Origin: an uncultured Mycoplasmatota bacterium
Lineage (GTDB): Bacteria; Bacillota_I; Bacilli_A; RF39; UBA660
Assembly (NCBI GenBank): GCA_900551105.1
Contig: URUT01000001.1
Location: 857-64,856, forward strand
DNA length: 64,000 bases
Reading direction: 5' to 3'
Part shown: in pieces, positions 9,486 to 19,975 of the stretch
Position numbering within the stretch: position 1 is the first letter of the stretch
How the letters are laid out: the number at the start of each line of letters is the position of its first letter
Translations under genes and position numbers: made by a program
Notes under the pieces: model-generated
What the model was told of the DNA's origin: nothing
Databases searched by the model: none
Seen by the model: the letters and a program-made list of their open reading frames with translations, nothing else

Positions 9486-10684
9486 AAAACAATAAATTCT
9501 TAGCAAGTTTAAGTGCTCTAATCGGTGCTCTAATCTTCAGTATTCCCTGGATATTTATATATTATCTAGGATATATCGCATCAATATGTGCCTTTATTAT
9601 TGGCTATGGTGCTTACTTATTCTATAAAAAAGTTTGTGACATTGACTCAAAATCTAAATACATAATCGTAACAATATCAGTTATAGTTATCACATTTATT
9701 ACTTTTATAGTCATGCCATCCATAACCGCCTACCTAGAAGGCACCTCTTTTAACGCTCTATATGCAAATAATGCCTTTGTTACAGCTTTAGTAAAAGACT
9801 ATATCGTAAGTTTAATCTTTACAATTTTAGGTATCTCAACCTTGCTAAAAAAAATGAACGAAGAAGCTAAAACCGATAATACATTAACAGAAGAAGAAAA
9901 AATCAAAAAACTAAAATCAGTTTATGAAAAATATAATGCATTTGATAAAGAACATACAATCTCAGAAATTACAGTTTTAAAAGAACTAGACTTTGCTGAC
10001 AAACTACCATTTTTAACTAGAATGGAAAAGAAGGGAATAATTGTCTCACCATTTAAAAAGAGTTACTTTGATGAAGAAGCTCTAACCAATGAAGATAAAG
10101 CTAAAGCAAACTTTAAAAAGAATATCATGCCTGGGATTATTATAAGCATCGTTATCGTTTTAGCATCAGTTCTAGCAGGTATTTATCTAGCATATAACTC
10201 CACTGAAGTGCAGCCAAGAAATATTACTGAAAAGAAAGAAACAACAGTTACTTTTGAAAATGTAACTTTAAACTTAACTTCAAATTTTATTAAAACTGAA
10301 ACTGACAGTGAAACAGTATTTTATGAAAATCAGCTTAATGAAAAAGTTGGTGGCGTCATGATTGTCAAATTAAAATCAGATTATGATGGCGACTTGGAAG
10401 AATTTTATAAAAGTTATAGAAAAGAATTAATGAAAAATTACAACATTCTAGAAATAAAAGATGAAACCTACAACGGTGTAGACTACAAAATGTTTAAAAT
10501 GCAGTACCTAGATGATGAAAACGAAAAAGATATTTATTATGTAACCCAACTAGAAAATAATTTTTATTTAATTGGTATCTTTAGTAATTTTAACGATAAC
10601 GACTGGACCGAAGCTATTAATTTTTCAAGTAAACTTCTAGCAAGTACTAAAATAAATTTAGAAAATAAACAAGTTGATATGTAA
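9482..10684 (+). CDS. membrane protein, hypothetical
   Basis: Start overlaps the dnaE stop (ATGA). Four or more N-terminal TM helices, a second TM segment and a C-terminal soluble domain. No known motif. Confidence 0.4.
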   Translation: MKNNKFLASLSALIGALIFSIPWIFIYYLGYIASICAFIIGYGAYLFYKKVCDIDSKSKYIIVTISVIVITFITFIVMPSITAYLEGTSFNALYANNAFVTALVKDYIVSLIFTILGISTLLKKMNEEAKTDNTLTEEEKIKKLKSVYEKYNAFDKEHTISEITVLKELDFADKLPFLTRMEKKGIIVSPFKKSYFDEEALTNEDKAKANFKKNIMPGIIISIVIVLASVLAGIYLAYNSTEVQPRNITEKKETTVTFENVTLNLTSNFIKTETDSETVFYENQLNEKVGGVMIVKLKSDYDGDLEEFYKSYRKELMKNYNILEIKDETYNGVDYKMFKMQYLDDENEKDIYYVTQLENNFYLIGIFSNFNDNDWTEAINFSSKLLASTKINLENKQVDM

Positions 10685-10688
10685 CCCT

Positions 10689-10718
10689 AGAACCTTCGTG
10701 GGTTCTCTTTTATTTTTT
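10689..10718 (+). terminator. intrinsic terminator
   Basis: Stem AGAACC / GGTTCT with a 6-nt loop, then CTTTTATTTTTT. Confidence 0.6.
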
Positions 10719-10762
10719 AATTTAATATGATAAAATTATTACTGTAAAGGAAATGTGATAAC

Positions 10763-11353
10763 ATGAAAGAAACATTTTTATATAGACTTCTAAGACCAGT
10801 AGTAAGCCTCTACATGAAGCTTATTTATAAACCCCAAGTTATCTATGAAGAACCACTTGATTTTGAAGGCTCCTTTATTTTTGCTGGAACTCATACTAGT
10901 TTTAAAGATTGCCTTTTAATTGCCAGCCTTACAAATAAGCCTCTTAGATTTCTTGCTAAAAAAGAACTTTTAGACCCCCCATTTGGTATCTTCTTTAGAT
11001 TTGCTGGAATCATTCCTGTAAACCGTAAAATCAAAGATAAAACCGTCTTACCAGCAGCAAGCAAAGTCTTAAAAGAAAATTATGTCGTTGTAATATTTCC
11101 TGAAGGCACGATCAATAAAACCGATGATCTTATCATGCCATTTAAAAAAGGGGCAGCTAAGCTCGCAATAGATAATAACTGCAAGATAGTTCCTTTTGCT
11201 ATAAATGGTATTTATAAACGAAATCAAATAATAATTAAAATTGGTAAAAAATACTCACCTAAAACTGATGATGTAGAAAAAGAAACCAAAGTTTTAGAAA
11301 ATAAAGTAACAACCCTTTTAGAAAGCGTGATTAAAAATGAATTTTATAAATAG
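10763..11353 (+). CDS. plsC: 1-acyl-sn-glycerol-3-phosphate (lysophospholipid) acyltransferase
   Basis: Acyltransferase motifs FAGTHTSFKDC (HX4D-like block) and FPEGT in a 196-aa ORF. Confidence 0.7.
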   Translation: MKETFLYRLLRPVVSLYMKLIYKPQVIYEEPLDFEGSFIFAGTHTSFKDCLLIASLTNKPLRFLAKKELLDPPFGIFFRFAGIIPVNRKIKDKTVLPAASKVLKENYVVVIFPEGTINKTDDLIMPFKKGAAKLAIDNNCKIVPFAINGIYKRNQIIIKIGKKYSPKTDDVEKETKVLENKVTTLLESVIKNEFYK

Positions 11354-13094
11354 AATTTTAAATAATAAAGAACTAGAAAAACCATACTATGACTTATACG
11401 GTGAAACCTTAACTCACTTAGAATATCCTGATTTAATGATGCATGAAATGATCTACGAATCATCAAAAAAATATGCTCACAGTAATGCGATCTCCTATTA
11501 TGGAAAAAGTCTAACATACAAAAAATTCTACGAAAAAATAGAAACCTGTGCTAAAGCCCTAAAAGCAAACGGTGTAAAAGAAGGCGATAGAATAACCATC
11601 TGTATGCCAAATACTCCTGAAGCCGTCATCGCTTTCTATGCTATAAATATGGTTGGCGCCGTAGCAAGTATGATTCATCCGCTATCAAGTGAAAACGAAA
11701 TAGAATTCTATATGGACGCTGCAAACAGTAAGTTTATCTTTACCGTAAATGTCTTTGAAGAAAAAGTAATAACAGCTGCAAGAAGAGTAAACGCTAAAAA
11801 AATTATAATTGCAGATGTAACTGACAGTATGTTTATAGTAATCAAAAAAACCATTGAAGCATACAACTATGTTACAAAATTCTTTAAAGAAAAAGAAAAC
11901 AAAGAGTATCTTAATGATGACAATGTTATGACTTTTAAAAAATTCTTTGATACCGGTTATGGTTATGATGGAAAGTACAAAGTAACTGGTAAAAGTGATA
12001 AAGAGGCAGTTATCCTATATAGTGGTGGAACAACTGGTAAACCAAAGGGTGTAGTTTTATCTAATAAAAACTTTAATGCCGAAGGAATGCAGTGCTTTGC
12101 TATGACTGGTGCAAAAGCTGGCGAATCTGTTCTTACCATCATGCCAATATTTCATGGCTTTGGTCTAGGCGTAAGTGTCCATACAGAGCTTATCTCCGGA
12201 ATGAAATGTATTTTAATCCCAGCATTTAAAGTAAGTGAATTTGCAAGATTAATTAAACTATATCGTCCATCATTTTTAATTGGTGTACCAACAATGTATG
12301 AAGGCTTAATTAATAATGAAGACAAATCAAAATATTTAAAATGTGTAACAAACTGTATCTGTGGCGGTGATACCCTAAAAACTGACCTAAGAGAGCGAGT
12401 AAATGCATATCTTTTAGCTCATGGTTCCAATGCCCAAATAAGAGTAGGCTACGGTCTTACTGAAAGCACTGCTGCTGCAATTCTTACCCCAAAGCACTAT
12501 TATAAAGAAGGCGCTTTAGGCGTACCGTTTCCTGATGTTACTGTTAAAATAATTAAACCAGGAACCACCAAGGAACAAAGAAAGAAAAGAGAAGGTGAAA
12601 TATGCATAAGTGGGCCAACTGTCATGCTTGGTTATCTAAATGAAACTGAAGAAACTGCAAATACCCTAAAACTTCATCCTGATGGCAAAATCTACCTGCA
12701 CACCGGTGATATCGGCTACAAAGATGAAGAAGGACTAGTATTCTTTACATCAAGACTAAAAAGAATGATTGTAACTAGTGGTTATAATGTCTATCCTAGT
12801 TACTTAGAAAAAATCATTGACTCACACCCAGCAGTCTTAGCTTGCGTTGTCGTTGGAATACCACATCCATACAAAAAACAAGTTCCAGTAGCCTGCATCG
12901 TTTTAAGAGATAATTTTAAAGAATCAAAAGAACTAACCAATGACATTAAATACTACTGTGCCAAATCCATAGCAAAATATGCTATGCCATATAGATATCA
13001 CTACATAAAAAGCGTTCCTAAAACTTTAATTGGTAAAGTTAACTATAAAAAATTAGAAGAAGAATGCACTAAAAAATATAGTAAAGAGGCCTAA
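11337..13094 (+). CDS. long-chain fatty acid--CoA ligase (AMP-binding enzyme)
   Basis: AMP-binding signature YSGGTTGKPKGV, GYGLTES and the typical domain order, in a 585-aa ORF. Confidence 0.85.
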   Translation: MNFINRILNNKELEKPYYDLYGETLTHLEYPDLMMHEMIYESSKKYAHSNAISYYGKSLTYKKFYEKIETCAKALKANGVKEGDRITICMPNTPEAVIAFYAINMVGAVASMIHPLSSENEIEFYMDAANSKFIFTVNVFEEKVITAARRVNAKKIIIADVTDSMFIVIKKTIEAYNYVTKFFKEKENKEYLNDDNVMTFKKFFDTGYGYDGKYKVTGKSDKEAVILYSGGTTGKPKGVVLSNKNFNAEGMQCFAMTGAKAGESVLTIMPIFHGFGLGVSVHTELISGMKCILIPAFKVSEFARLIKLYRPSFLIGVPTMYEGLINNEDKSKYLKCVTNCICGGDTLKTDLRERVNAYLLAHGSNAQIRVGYGLTESTAAAILTPKHYYKEGALGVPFPDVTVKIIKPGTTKEQRKKREGEICISGPTVMLGYLNETEETANTLKLHPDGKIYLHTGDIGYKDEEGLVFFTSRLKRMIVTSGYNVYPSYLEKIIDSHPAVLACVVVGIPHPYKKQVPVACIVLRDNFKESKELTNDIKYYCAKSIAKYAMPYRYHYIKSVPKTLIGKVNYKKLEEECTKKYSKEA

Positions 13095-13095
13095 C

Positions 13096-13932
13096 ATGGA
13101 AAAAGAAAAAAATCAAGTAGGGTTTAAAATTTTTAAAAGCATTTTAGGAGTCATATTTACATGCTATTATAGACCAAAGTATCTTAATAAAGAAGTAATT
13201 CCTAAAGAAGGACCAATTATCGTTTGTGGCAATCACATTCATCTTTTTGACCAGTGCTTGCCAATCTTAGCAACCAAAAGAATGCTCCACTATATGGCTA
13301 AAAAAGAATATTTTGATGGACCATTTGCTTGGTTCTTTAAAGCCTCCGGTTGTATCAGTGTTGATCGTGAGCACCACGGAGGTACCTCTAAAGAAATTGC
13401 TGAAAAAGTTCTAAATAAAAAATGGGCTCTAGGAATTTATCCTGAAGGCACTAGAAACAGCCTAGCAAGTAAAGAAGAAAAATTAAAAGAAGCCTATGAA
13501 TATCTAAAAAAAGACATGAGCTTAGCTAAATTTAAAAAAATAATAAAAAAACAAATGACTCTACTAAGTCAGTATGAATTTTTAAAAACTCTTTATAATG
13601 ATAATGTTATAACTAAAGAAGAATTTAAAAAAGCGTTGCTAGACCTAGATAACTATCTAATTAAATTAGTTAAAGAAAACAAAATAAGCAAAGACACTTA
13701 CAAAGATACGCTACTACTACCAGTTAAATTCGGAACTGTATCACTTGCATCTAAAACAAACGCGACTATCGTTCCTTATGCCATAACTGGTAAATACCAA
13801 TTTCTAAATAACAAACTAACAATCAAATTTGGTAAACCATTTAAGGTAAGCAAAGAAGATAATTTAGAAGAAGTAAATGAAAAATTGCAAAATGAAATTA
13901 AAAACATAATTTTAGAAAGTAAAGATATATAA
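13096..13932 (+). CDS. PlsC-family acyltransferase with an inserted coiled-coil segment
   Basis: CGNHIHLFDQ (HX4D) and YPEGTRN motifs in a 278-aa ORF. The gene sits immediately after the acyl-CoA ligase. Confidence 0.65.
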   Translation: MEKEKNQVGFKIFKSILGVIFTCYYRPKYLNKEVIPKEGPIIVCGNHIHLFDQCLPILATKRMLHYMAKKEYFDGPFAWFFKASGCISVDREHHGGTSKEIAEKVLNKKWALGIYPEGTRNSLASKEEKLKEAYEYLKKDMSLAKFKKIIKKQMTLLSQYEFLKTLYNDNVITKEEFKKALLDLDNYLIKLVKENKISKDTYKDTLLLPVKFGTVSLASKTNATIVPYAITGKYQFLNNKLTIKFGKPFKVSKEDNLEEVNEKLQNEIKNIILESKDI

Positions 13933-13945
13933 GAAAGAAATTTTT

Positions 13946-14824
13946 ATGAAATCAAAAGTATTATTTACAAAAGAATTAACTCCAAGTGCTTTAGTTAAAA
14001 TTTATGAAACCCTAGGACACAAACTAAGCGGAAATGTTGCCGTTAAATTACACTCAGGAGAAGCCGGTAATCAAAACTACTTAAAGCCTGAGTTCGTAGA
14101 AGAACTAATAAACCATATAAATGGAACAGTTGCTGAATGCAACACAGCTTATGACGGTGAAAGAAATACCACTCTAAAACATCAAAAATTACTAGAAAAT
14201 CATGGTTGGAGTAAACATTTTAAAGTAGACTTACTAGATGAAAAAGAAGACCTAGAACTAGACGTTCCAAATGGCAAAAGAATCAAGAAAAACTATGTCG
14301 GCAAGAATATTGAAAACTACGACTCTATGCTTGTTTTATCACACTTTAAAGGACACCCAATGGGCGGTTACGGTGGCGCATTAAAACAATTATCAATCGG
14401 TGTTGCTTCATCAGCTGGTAAAGTTTATATTCACACAGCAGGAGCTACTAAAGACCCAAATAAACTATGGGAAAATCTTCCAAAACAAGACGAGTTTTTA
14501 GAATCTATGGCTGATGCTGCCTCATCAGTAGTAAACTACTTTAATAAAAATATTGTATACATCAATGTACTTTGCAACATGTCAGTAGACTGTGATTGCT
14601 GTGCAAAGGCAGAAGACCCATGCATTAAAGATATTGGTATTCTAGCAAGCCTAGACCCAGTAGCTATTGATGAAGCCTCAATCGATTTAGTAAAAGACAG
14701 TAATGACGAAGGCAAAGCCCACTTTTTAGAAAGAATAGAAAGTAAAAATGGTCACCATACGATAGATGAAGCACAAGAAAGAGGCATCGGTACTAAAGAA
14801 TATGAATTAATAAGTATAGACTAA
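13946..14824 (+). CDS. DUF362-like Cys-rich protein, uncharacterised
   Basis: C-terminal CNMSVDCDCCAKAEDPC cluster in a 292-aa ORF. The family name is from memory only. Confidence 0.35.
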   Translation: MKSKVLFTKELTPSALVKIYETLGHKLSGNVAVKLHSGEAGNQNYLKPEFVEELINHINGTVAECNTAYDGERNTTLKHQKLLENHGWSKHFKVDLLDEKEDLELDVPNGKRIKKNYVGKNIENYDSMLVLSHFKGHPMGGYGGALKQLSIGVASSAGKVYIHTAGATKDPNKLWENLPKQDEFLESMADAASSVVNYFNKNIVYINVLCNMSVDCDCCAKAEDPCIKDIGILASLDPVAIDEASIDLVKDSNDEGKAHFLERIESKNGHHTIDEAQERGIGTKEYELISID

Positions 14825-14871
14825 AATGTCTATATTTTTTTTGCAATTTTTTAAAATTTCCAATATTTAAT

Positions 14872-14900
14872 ATTGACAAAATTCTCTCTATCCTTTAGTA
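14872..14900 (+). promoter_or_regulatory. sigma-A-type promoter upstream of the sortase / adhesin operon
   Basis: TTGACA, a 17-nt spacer, then TAGTAT, about 100 nt upstream of the 15001 start. Confidence 0.4.
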
Positions 14901-15000
14901 TATAGACCTTGTAAACCGAAATTTTTAGTGTATTATTATGAATCATATAATTTTATACTAATTAGTTAAATCACTCATATATTATTTTAGGGGGTAAAAT

Positions 15001-15699
15001 ATGAAAAAGTGGTATTATTTTTTACTCAGTTTTTGCTTAATACTATTAATTAGCTCATCAGCAATGATACTAGTGCATAAAAATAATGAAGAAAAATTAA
15101 ATGTTATCGCACTAGAAGGAAAAATTGACGAAACTAAAGAAGAAAATTTAAAGGAAAAATATTATAACTTTAGACAAGAGTATCAAAATGATGACATAAT
15201 TGGCAGTATCAACATTCCTGGGACTGATATTAATACCTTGTTTGTTAAACCATCAAATAATTCTTATTATTTAACGCACACTTTAAAAAAAGAAAAAAGT
15301 CGAATTGGTGCTGTATTTATGGACTACCGAAATACATTTGATGACAAACAAATTAATATATATGGTCATAATTCAAATAAATATGACGTAGCATTTAAAA
15401 ATCTAAGATTATACTTAGACAATGAATTTACTGAAAAAAATAATTTAATATATATTGAAACTGAAGACGGTATTACAACATACGAAGTATTTTCTGTAAA
15501 AAGAACCAAAGAAAAAGAACACATGACATTAAAAACTAATGATTTTCTAGGCCACATTAATAAAATTAGAGAAAATGCTTTATATAATAAAAATATTAAC
15601 ATTACCGAATCTGATGATATTTTAATTCTTCAAACATGTTTGCTTGATGGAACAAGAGATTATCTTATTGTTAGTAGTAGGAAATTAACCAATCTTTAA
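15001..15699 (+). CDS. srtB: class B sortase
   Basis: N-terminal signal-anchor, catalytic His in IYGHNSN, TLxTC-like active-site Cys in ILILQTCLLDG, and a conserved Arg (TRDYLIVSSRK). The 232-aa size is typical of class B. Confidence 0.7.
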   Translation: MKKWYYFLLSFCLILLISSSAMILVHKNNEEKLNVIALEGKIDETKEENLKEKYYNFRQEYQNDDIIGSINIPGTDINTLFVKPSNNSYYLTHTLKKEKSRIGAVFMDYRNTFDDKQINIYGHNSNKYDVAFKNLRLYLDNEFTEKNNLIYIETEDGITTYEVFSVKRTKEKEHMTLKTNDFLGHINKIRENALYNKNINITESDDILILQTCLLDGTRDYLIVSSRKLTNL

Positions 15700-15735
15700 A
15701 AGATTGTTTAATATAGATTTAGGAGGGAAAAGGTT

Positions 15736-18700
15736 ATGAAAAAATTAAAAAATGTAGCACAGCTATTTCTTGCATTAGCTATTACTATAACATCTATATT
15801 TAGTAATGCTTTTGTTGTATTTGCTGATGCTAACCCAAACGCTGGTAAAGTTACTGCCACTAAAACTGCAGAACGTATTGGCGATGAAACTAGCAGAAGT
15901 GCTAAAGTTAAAATAACAGTAAGTGGTAATCCTTACACTATAACTACACAAAAAGATAGAGAAATCGTTTTAGTGTTAGATGCTTCTGGTAGTATGGATA
16001 ATGGAATAAGTGGCTCTAACAAAAATAGAATAGAAACACTAAAGGACGCTGCTGAAAATTTCATTGATAGTCTTTTAACAGAAGAAAATGCTGGAAAGAT
16101 TAAAATCGGTATAGTATGGTATTCTGATAAGGATAATACCAATAAAAGTGAAGTATGTGGTTTAAATGATAATGCTACAACTCTAAAAAATTGTGTTTCT
16201 GGTAAAACTGCTAAAGGTGGTACTAACGTTCAACTTGGAATCAGTATGGCCAAAGATTTATTTACAAAAGCAGATAATGAAAAAAGCTTAATCGTTTTAT
16301 CAGACGGTGTGCCAACATACTATAATGATAAAAATGGTATTGAACATGGCCATGGTAGTGTAGACACTCATGAAGATTTATATGCTTATGATTTTGTAGC
16401 AACAAAGAATTATCAAAATAATCTTGGACAAAATGTAGCCGATGGATATATTGATTACTACGATTATAAAAGCGAAGAAACATATAGATGTGAATACGTT
16501 GGTTATAGAAGAAATCACTGGGGAAAAATCACTTATGAAAGTGAAACTTGCCAAGATGGATTTTATATGAAACCTAGTGAAGCAGCAAAAAAAGAAACAG
16601 ACTCATTTAATGGCAAAATATACTCAATTGGTTTTGGTATAACTACAACAGATTGGAGAGGTAATACCGTTACTAATGAAGAAGCTCAAAATTTCTTAAA
16701 ATCAATTGTAAAAAATGGTGGAAGTTACTTTGATGCTAGTGACACGGCTAAATTAAATGAAGCCTTTGCAGCTGTATCAAAAGATATGGAAATTGTTGCT
16801 AAAAACTTAACTATTAGAGACGTTGTTCCAAGTACATTCACTGTAGATGAAAATGACTTAAAGCAAAGATATGGTAACAATGTAACAATTACAAAAGATG
16901 AAAACACTAAAGAAACTATTATAACTTATAAATTTGCTGAATTATCTTCTAAAAAATCAGAAGAATTAACATTCAATGTAACAGCAAATGAAGATTATTA
17001 TGGTAGTATGTACACTAATAATGGTGCTACTGTTACTGGAACTGCTGCTGATGGTAATAAGTTCTATGAAAATGTTGATGGTAAGATTAACGAAAACTTA
17101 ATCGACCCAGTTGCGCCTATTGCATCAAGAACTAAAGATGATAATTACGACACAGAAACTAACAAGGAATTAGTAGTAGATGCAAGTGATGGCATTACGT
17201 CAAATGATTATAATGGAAAACAAGAAGATGAAGCAAAAAGTGTTTTAGATGAAATCATTATAGTTAACAAAACAAAATATGGTTCATTAGAGCTTAATCA
17301 AGATGGATCACTTAAATATAATCCAAATACAAACTTCCGTGGTACTGATAATTTCAAATATTATATTAAAACTACTATCACAGATAAAAATGGTAATAAG
17401 ACTTACGCAAAGTCAGACGTTGCAACTGTAACTATTAATGTTAAAGGTGTTAAGGCGACTTATACTGTTAACTATTTAGAAAAAGGTACTAATACAAAAG
17501 TAGCTGATAGCAAAACAATTTCTAAGAACGCTAATAATGAAGACTTATATATTGGTGATAAGGTTACAGAATACGCTTTAACTTTAAATAATTATAATTT
17601 AGTAAGTAATAGTCAAGAATCTATTACTCTTGCTAAAGAAGGAAATGTAATCAATTTCTATTATGAACTTAAAGATTCTAAAATCATTGTTCATCATAAA
17701 GAAAAGGGTACTGGTAGAACATTAGCAGATGATGATACTTTCACAGGTAAAGTAACTGAAACAAAAGTAATTAATGCTAAAGATATTAAAGACTATGTTG
17801 TAGTTGGCAGTAAAACACAAGAGGCTGAATTTGATTTAACTACTAACGAATATACTTTCCACTATGAAAAAGCAGAAAGTGCTGGAGCAGTAGCTCATCA
17901 CTATATCATTGATAACAATGGTAAAAAAACTGATAGAAAACTATTTAATGATGATGAAGTAACAGGTAAAATTGGTACACCATTCTCATTTAGTCCTAAA
18001 ACAGAAGGCTTAGGCGATTATGAATTTGTTGAAAGTGAAGGCACAACAAGTGGAACTCTATCTAGCACAAGACAAGAAGCAGCCTTCTACTATCAATTAA
18101 AGATGACTGATGTTACTATAAGATATGTAACAATTAAAGATGGTAATGCAATAGATTTAATTAACCCAGTTAAAGACAGTGGTAGAATTAATGATAATTA
18201 TACTGCTAATGCTAAAGATGAAAATGATAATAAAGTATTTACTAACTATAATCTAGAAAGTGCTACAGAACAAACTATTAAATTAAAAAACAGTGATAAT
18301 ACAATTACATTTATCTACTCTCTAAAGGATGCTAAAATTATTGTTCACTATGTTGAAAAAGGAACTAATAAGACACTTGCACCAGATAAAGAGTTTAATG
18401 GTAAAGTAACTAATAAATATAATGTAAGTGCAATAAATATTCCTAAATATACAGCAGTAGATACAACTTCATATAACGGAGAATATACACTAGAAACTAA
18501 GGAATACACTTTCTATTATGAGAAAAAAGAAAGTGCTGGAGCTATAGCTCATCATTACATCATTGATAAAAATGGTAACAAAACTACTGATAAGTTATTT
18601 GAAGATGATACTATATCTGGTAAACTAGATGAAGAATATTCATTTAGTGCAAAGACTGATTTAGGTGCTTATGAATTTGTAGAAAGCACTGGCAAAGTAA

Positions 18701-19743
18701 GTGGTATTCTAACTGAAGAAGTACAAGAAGCAATCTTCTACTATAGATTACAAGACTCTAAGATTATCGTTCACTATGTTGAAAAAGGAACTGATAAAAC
18801 TCTAGCACCTGACAGTGAACTTAATGGTAAAGTAACTGAAGAATTTAATATTAACGCTATAGATATTCCTAAATATAAAGTAGTAGATAAAACATCATAT
18901 ACTGGAGAGTTTACAGTAGAACCTAAAGAATATACTTTCTACTATGAAAAATTAGATAGTGCTGGTGCCATAGCTCATCATTATATTATTGATGAAAATG
19001 GTAATAAAACTACAGATAAACTATTTAAAGACGATGTAGCAACTGGAAAATTAGATGATGAATTCTCATTTAGTGCTCACACTGATTTAGGCGACTATGA
19101 ATTTGTTGAAAGTGAAGGAACTATAAGTGGTATTCTAACTGATGAAGTTCAAGAAGCAAAATTCTATTATAGATTAAAATCTGCTAAAGTAATCGTTCAT
19201 CATTATGAAGAAGGAACTACTATTAAAGTAGCAGACGATGAAACTATTGATGGAAAAGTAAGCAAAGATTATACTACTAAAGAAGCTAAGGTTATTGGTT
19301 ATGTTTTAGTAGAAATTCCACAAAATGCTACTGGTAAATTTACTGAAGAAGTAACTGAAGTCAATTACTATTACAAAAAAGATATGGGTAAAGTAATTAC
19401 TAGATATGTTGATGAAGATGGCAAAATCCTATTAGATGAAACTACTACTAACGGTCAAGTTGGTACAGACTATCAAACAAGTCCTGCAACTATCACTGAT
19501 TATGAACTTAAAAATGTAATCGGAGAAGAAAAGGGTAAATATACTAAAGAAGATATTATTGTTACTTACGTATATGAATATGTAATGGGACAAGGTGGAG
19601 ATGATACATTTGTAACTCCTGAAGAACCTGAAATTCCATATACAGGAATTGATAGTGAAAATTATATTCTAGAATATAGCTTAATGGGAACAAGTATCTT
19701 AGGTATAGCTTTATTGCTAATTTTAAAGAAGAAATTTAACTAG
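15736..19743 (+). CDS. cell-wall-anchored adhesin with a VWA domain, MucBP-like repeats and a C-terminal sortase sorting signal
   Basis: Signal peptide, then VWA MIDAS motif VLVLDASGSMD. At least five MucBP-like modules follow (KIIVHHKEKGTGRTLADDD..., KIIVHYVEKGTNKTLAPDK..., KIIVHYVEKGTDKTLAPDS..., KVIVHHYEEGTTIKVADDE..., GKVITRYVDEDGKILLDE...), including three near-identical units of about 141 aa. The C-terminus reads EIPYTGIDSEN, then a hydrophobic stretch, then KKKFN. Confidence 0.75.
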   Translation: MKKLKNVAQLFLALAITITSIFSNAFVVFADANPNAGKVTATKTAERIGDETSRSAKVKITVSGNPYTITTQKDREIVLVLDASGSMDNGISGSNKNRIETLKDAAENFIDSLLTEENAGKIKIGIVWYSDKDNTNKSEVCGLNDNATTLKNCVSGKTAKGGTNVQLGISMAKDLFTKADNEKSLIVLSDGVPTYYNDKNGIEHGHGSVDTHEDLYAYDFVATKNYQNNLGQNVADGYIDYYDYKSEETYRCEYVGYRRNHWGKITYESETCQDGFYMKPSEAAKKETDSFNGKIYSIGFGITTTDWRGNTVTNEEAQNFLKSIVKNGGSYFDASDTAKLNEAFAAVSKDMEIVAKNLTIRDVVPSTFTVDENDLKQRYGNNVTITKDENTKETIITYKFAELSSKKSEELTFNVTANEDYYGSMYTNNGATVTGTAADGNKFYENVDGKINENLIDPVAPIASRTKDDNYDTETNKELVVDASDGITSNDYNGKQEDEAKSVLDEIIIVNKTKYGSLELNQDGSLKYNPNTNFRGTDNFKYYIKTTITDKNGNKTYAKSDVATVTINVKGVKATYTVNYLEKGTNTKVADSKTISKNANNEDLYIGDKVTEYALTLNNYNLVSNSQESITLAKEGNVINFYYELKDSKIIVHHKEKGTGRTLADDDTFTGKVTETKVINAKDIKDYVVVGSKTQEAEFDLTTNEYTFHYEKAESAGAVAHHYIIDNNGKKTDRKLFNDDEVTGKIGTPFSFSPKTEGLGDYEFVESEGTTSGTLSSTRQEAAFYYQLKMTDVTIRYVTIKDGNAIDLINPVKDSGRINDNYTANAKDENDNKVFTNYNLESATEQTIKLKNSDNTITFIYSLKDAKIIVHYVEKGTNKTLAPDKEFNGKVTNKYNVSAINIPKYTAVDTTSYNGEYTLETKEYTFYYEKKESAGAIAHHYIIDKNGNKTTDKLFEDDTISGKLDEEYSFSAKTDLGAYEFVESTGKVSGILTEEVQEAIFYYRLQDSKIIVHYVEKGTDKTLAPDSELNGKVTEEFNINAIDIPKYKVVDKTSYTGEFTVEPKEYTFYYEKLDSAGAIAHHYIIDENGNKTTDKLFKDDVATGKLDDEFSFSAHTDLGDYEFVESEGTISGILTDEVQEAKFYYRLKSAKVIVHHYEEGTTIKVADDETIDGKVSKDYTTKEAKVIGYVLVEIPQNATGKFTEEVTEVNYYYKKDMGKVITRYVDEDGKILLDETTTNGQVGTDYQTSPATITDYELKNVIGEEKGKYTKEDIIVTYVYEYVMGQGGDDTFVTPEEPEIPYTGIDSENYILEYSLMGTSILGIALLLILKKKFN

Positions 19744-19912
19744 TTTCTTCTTTTTATTTACAATAAAATAAATTTCATAAAACAATCACAAAAAAATCAC
19801 CAAATTTTCACATTTCAGATTTATCATTAAATCATGAAAGGAAGGTGATAAGGTAATAATAGAAAAAATATAAAACATATTAATACTATTTTACATTTCC
19901 AAAAATATATTA

Positions 19913-19936
19913 AAGGCTGACTACCCAGCCTTTTTC
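19913..19936 (+). terminator. intrinsic terminator
   Basis: Stem GGCTG / CAGCC with loop actacc, then TTTTT. Confidence 0.5.
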
Positions 19937-19939
19937 TAA

Positions 19940-19967
19940 TTGACAGAAATCAAATGTATGCTATAAT
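19940..19967 (+). promoter_or_regulatory. consensus sigma-A promoter for tRNA-Thr
   Basis: TTGACA, a 16-nt spacer, then TATAAT, ending 8 nt before the tRNA 5' end. Confidence 0.6.
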
Positions 19968-19975
19968 GTTAATAT

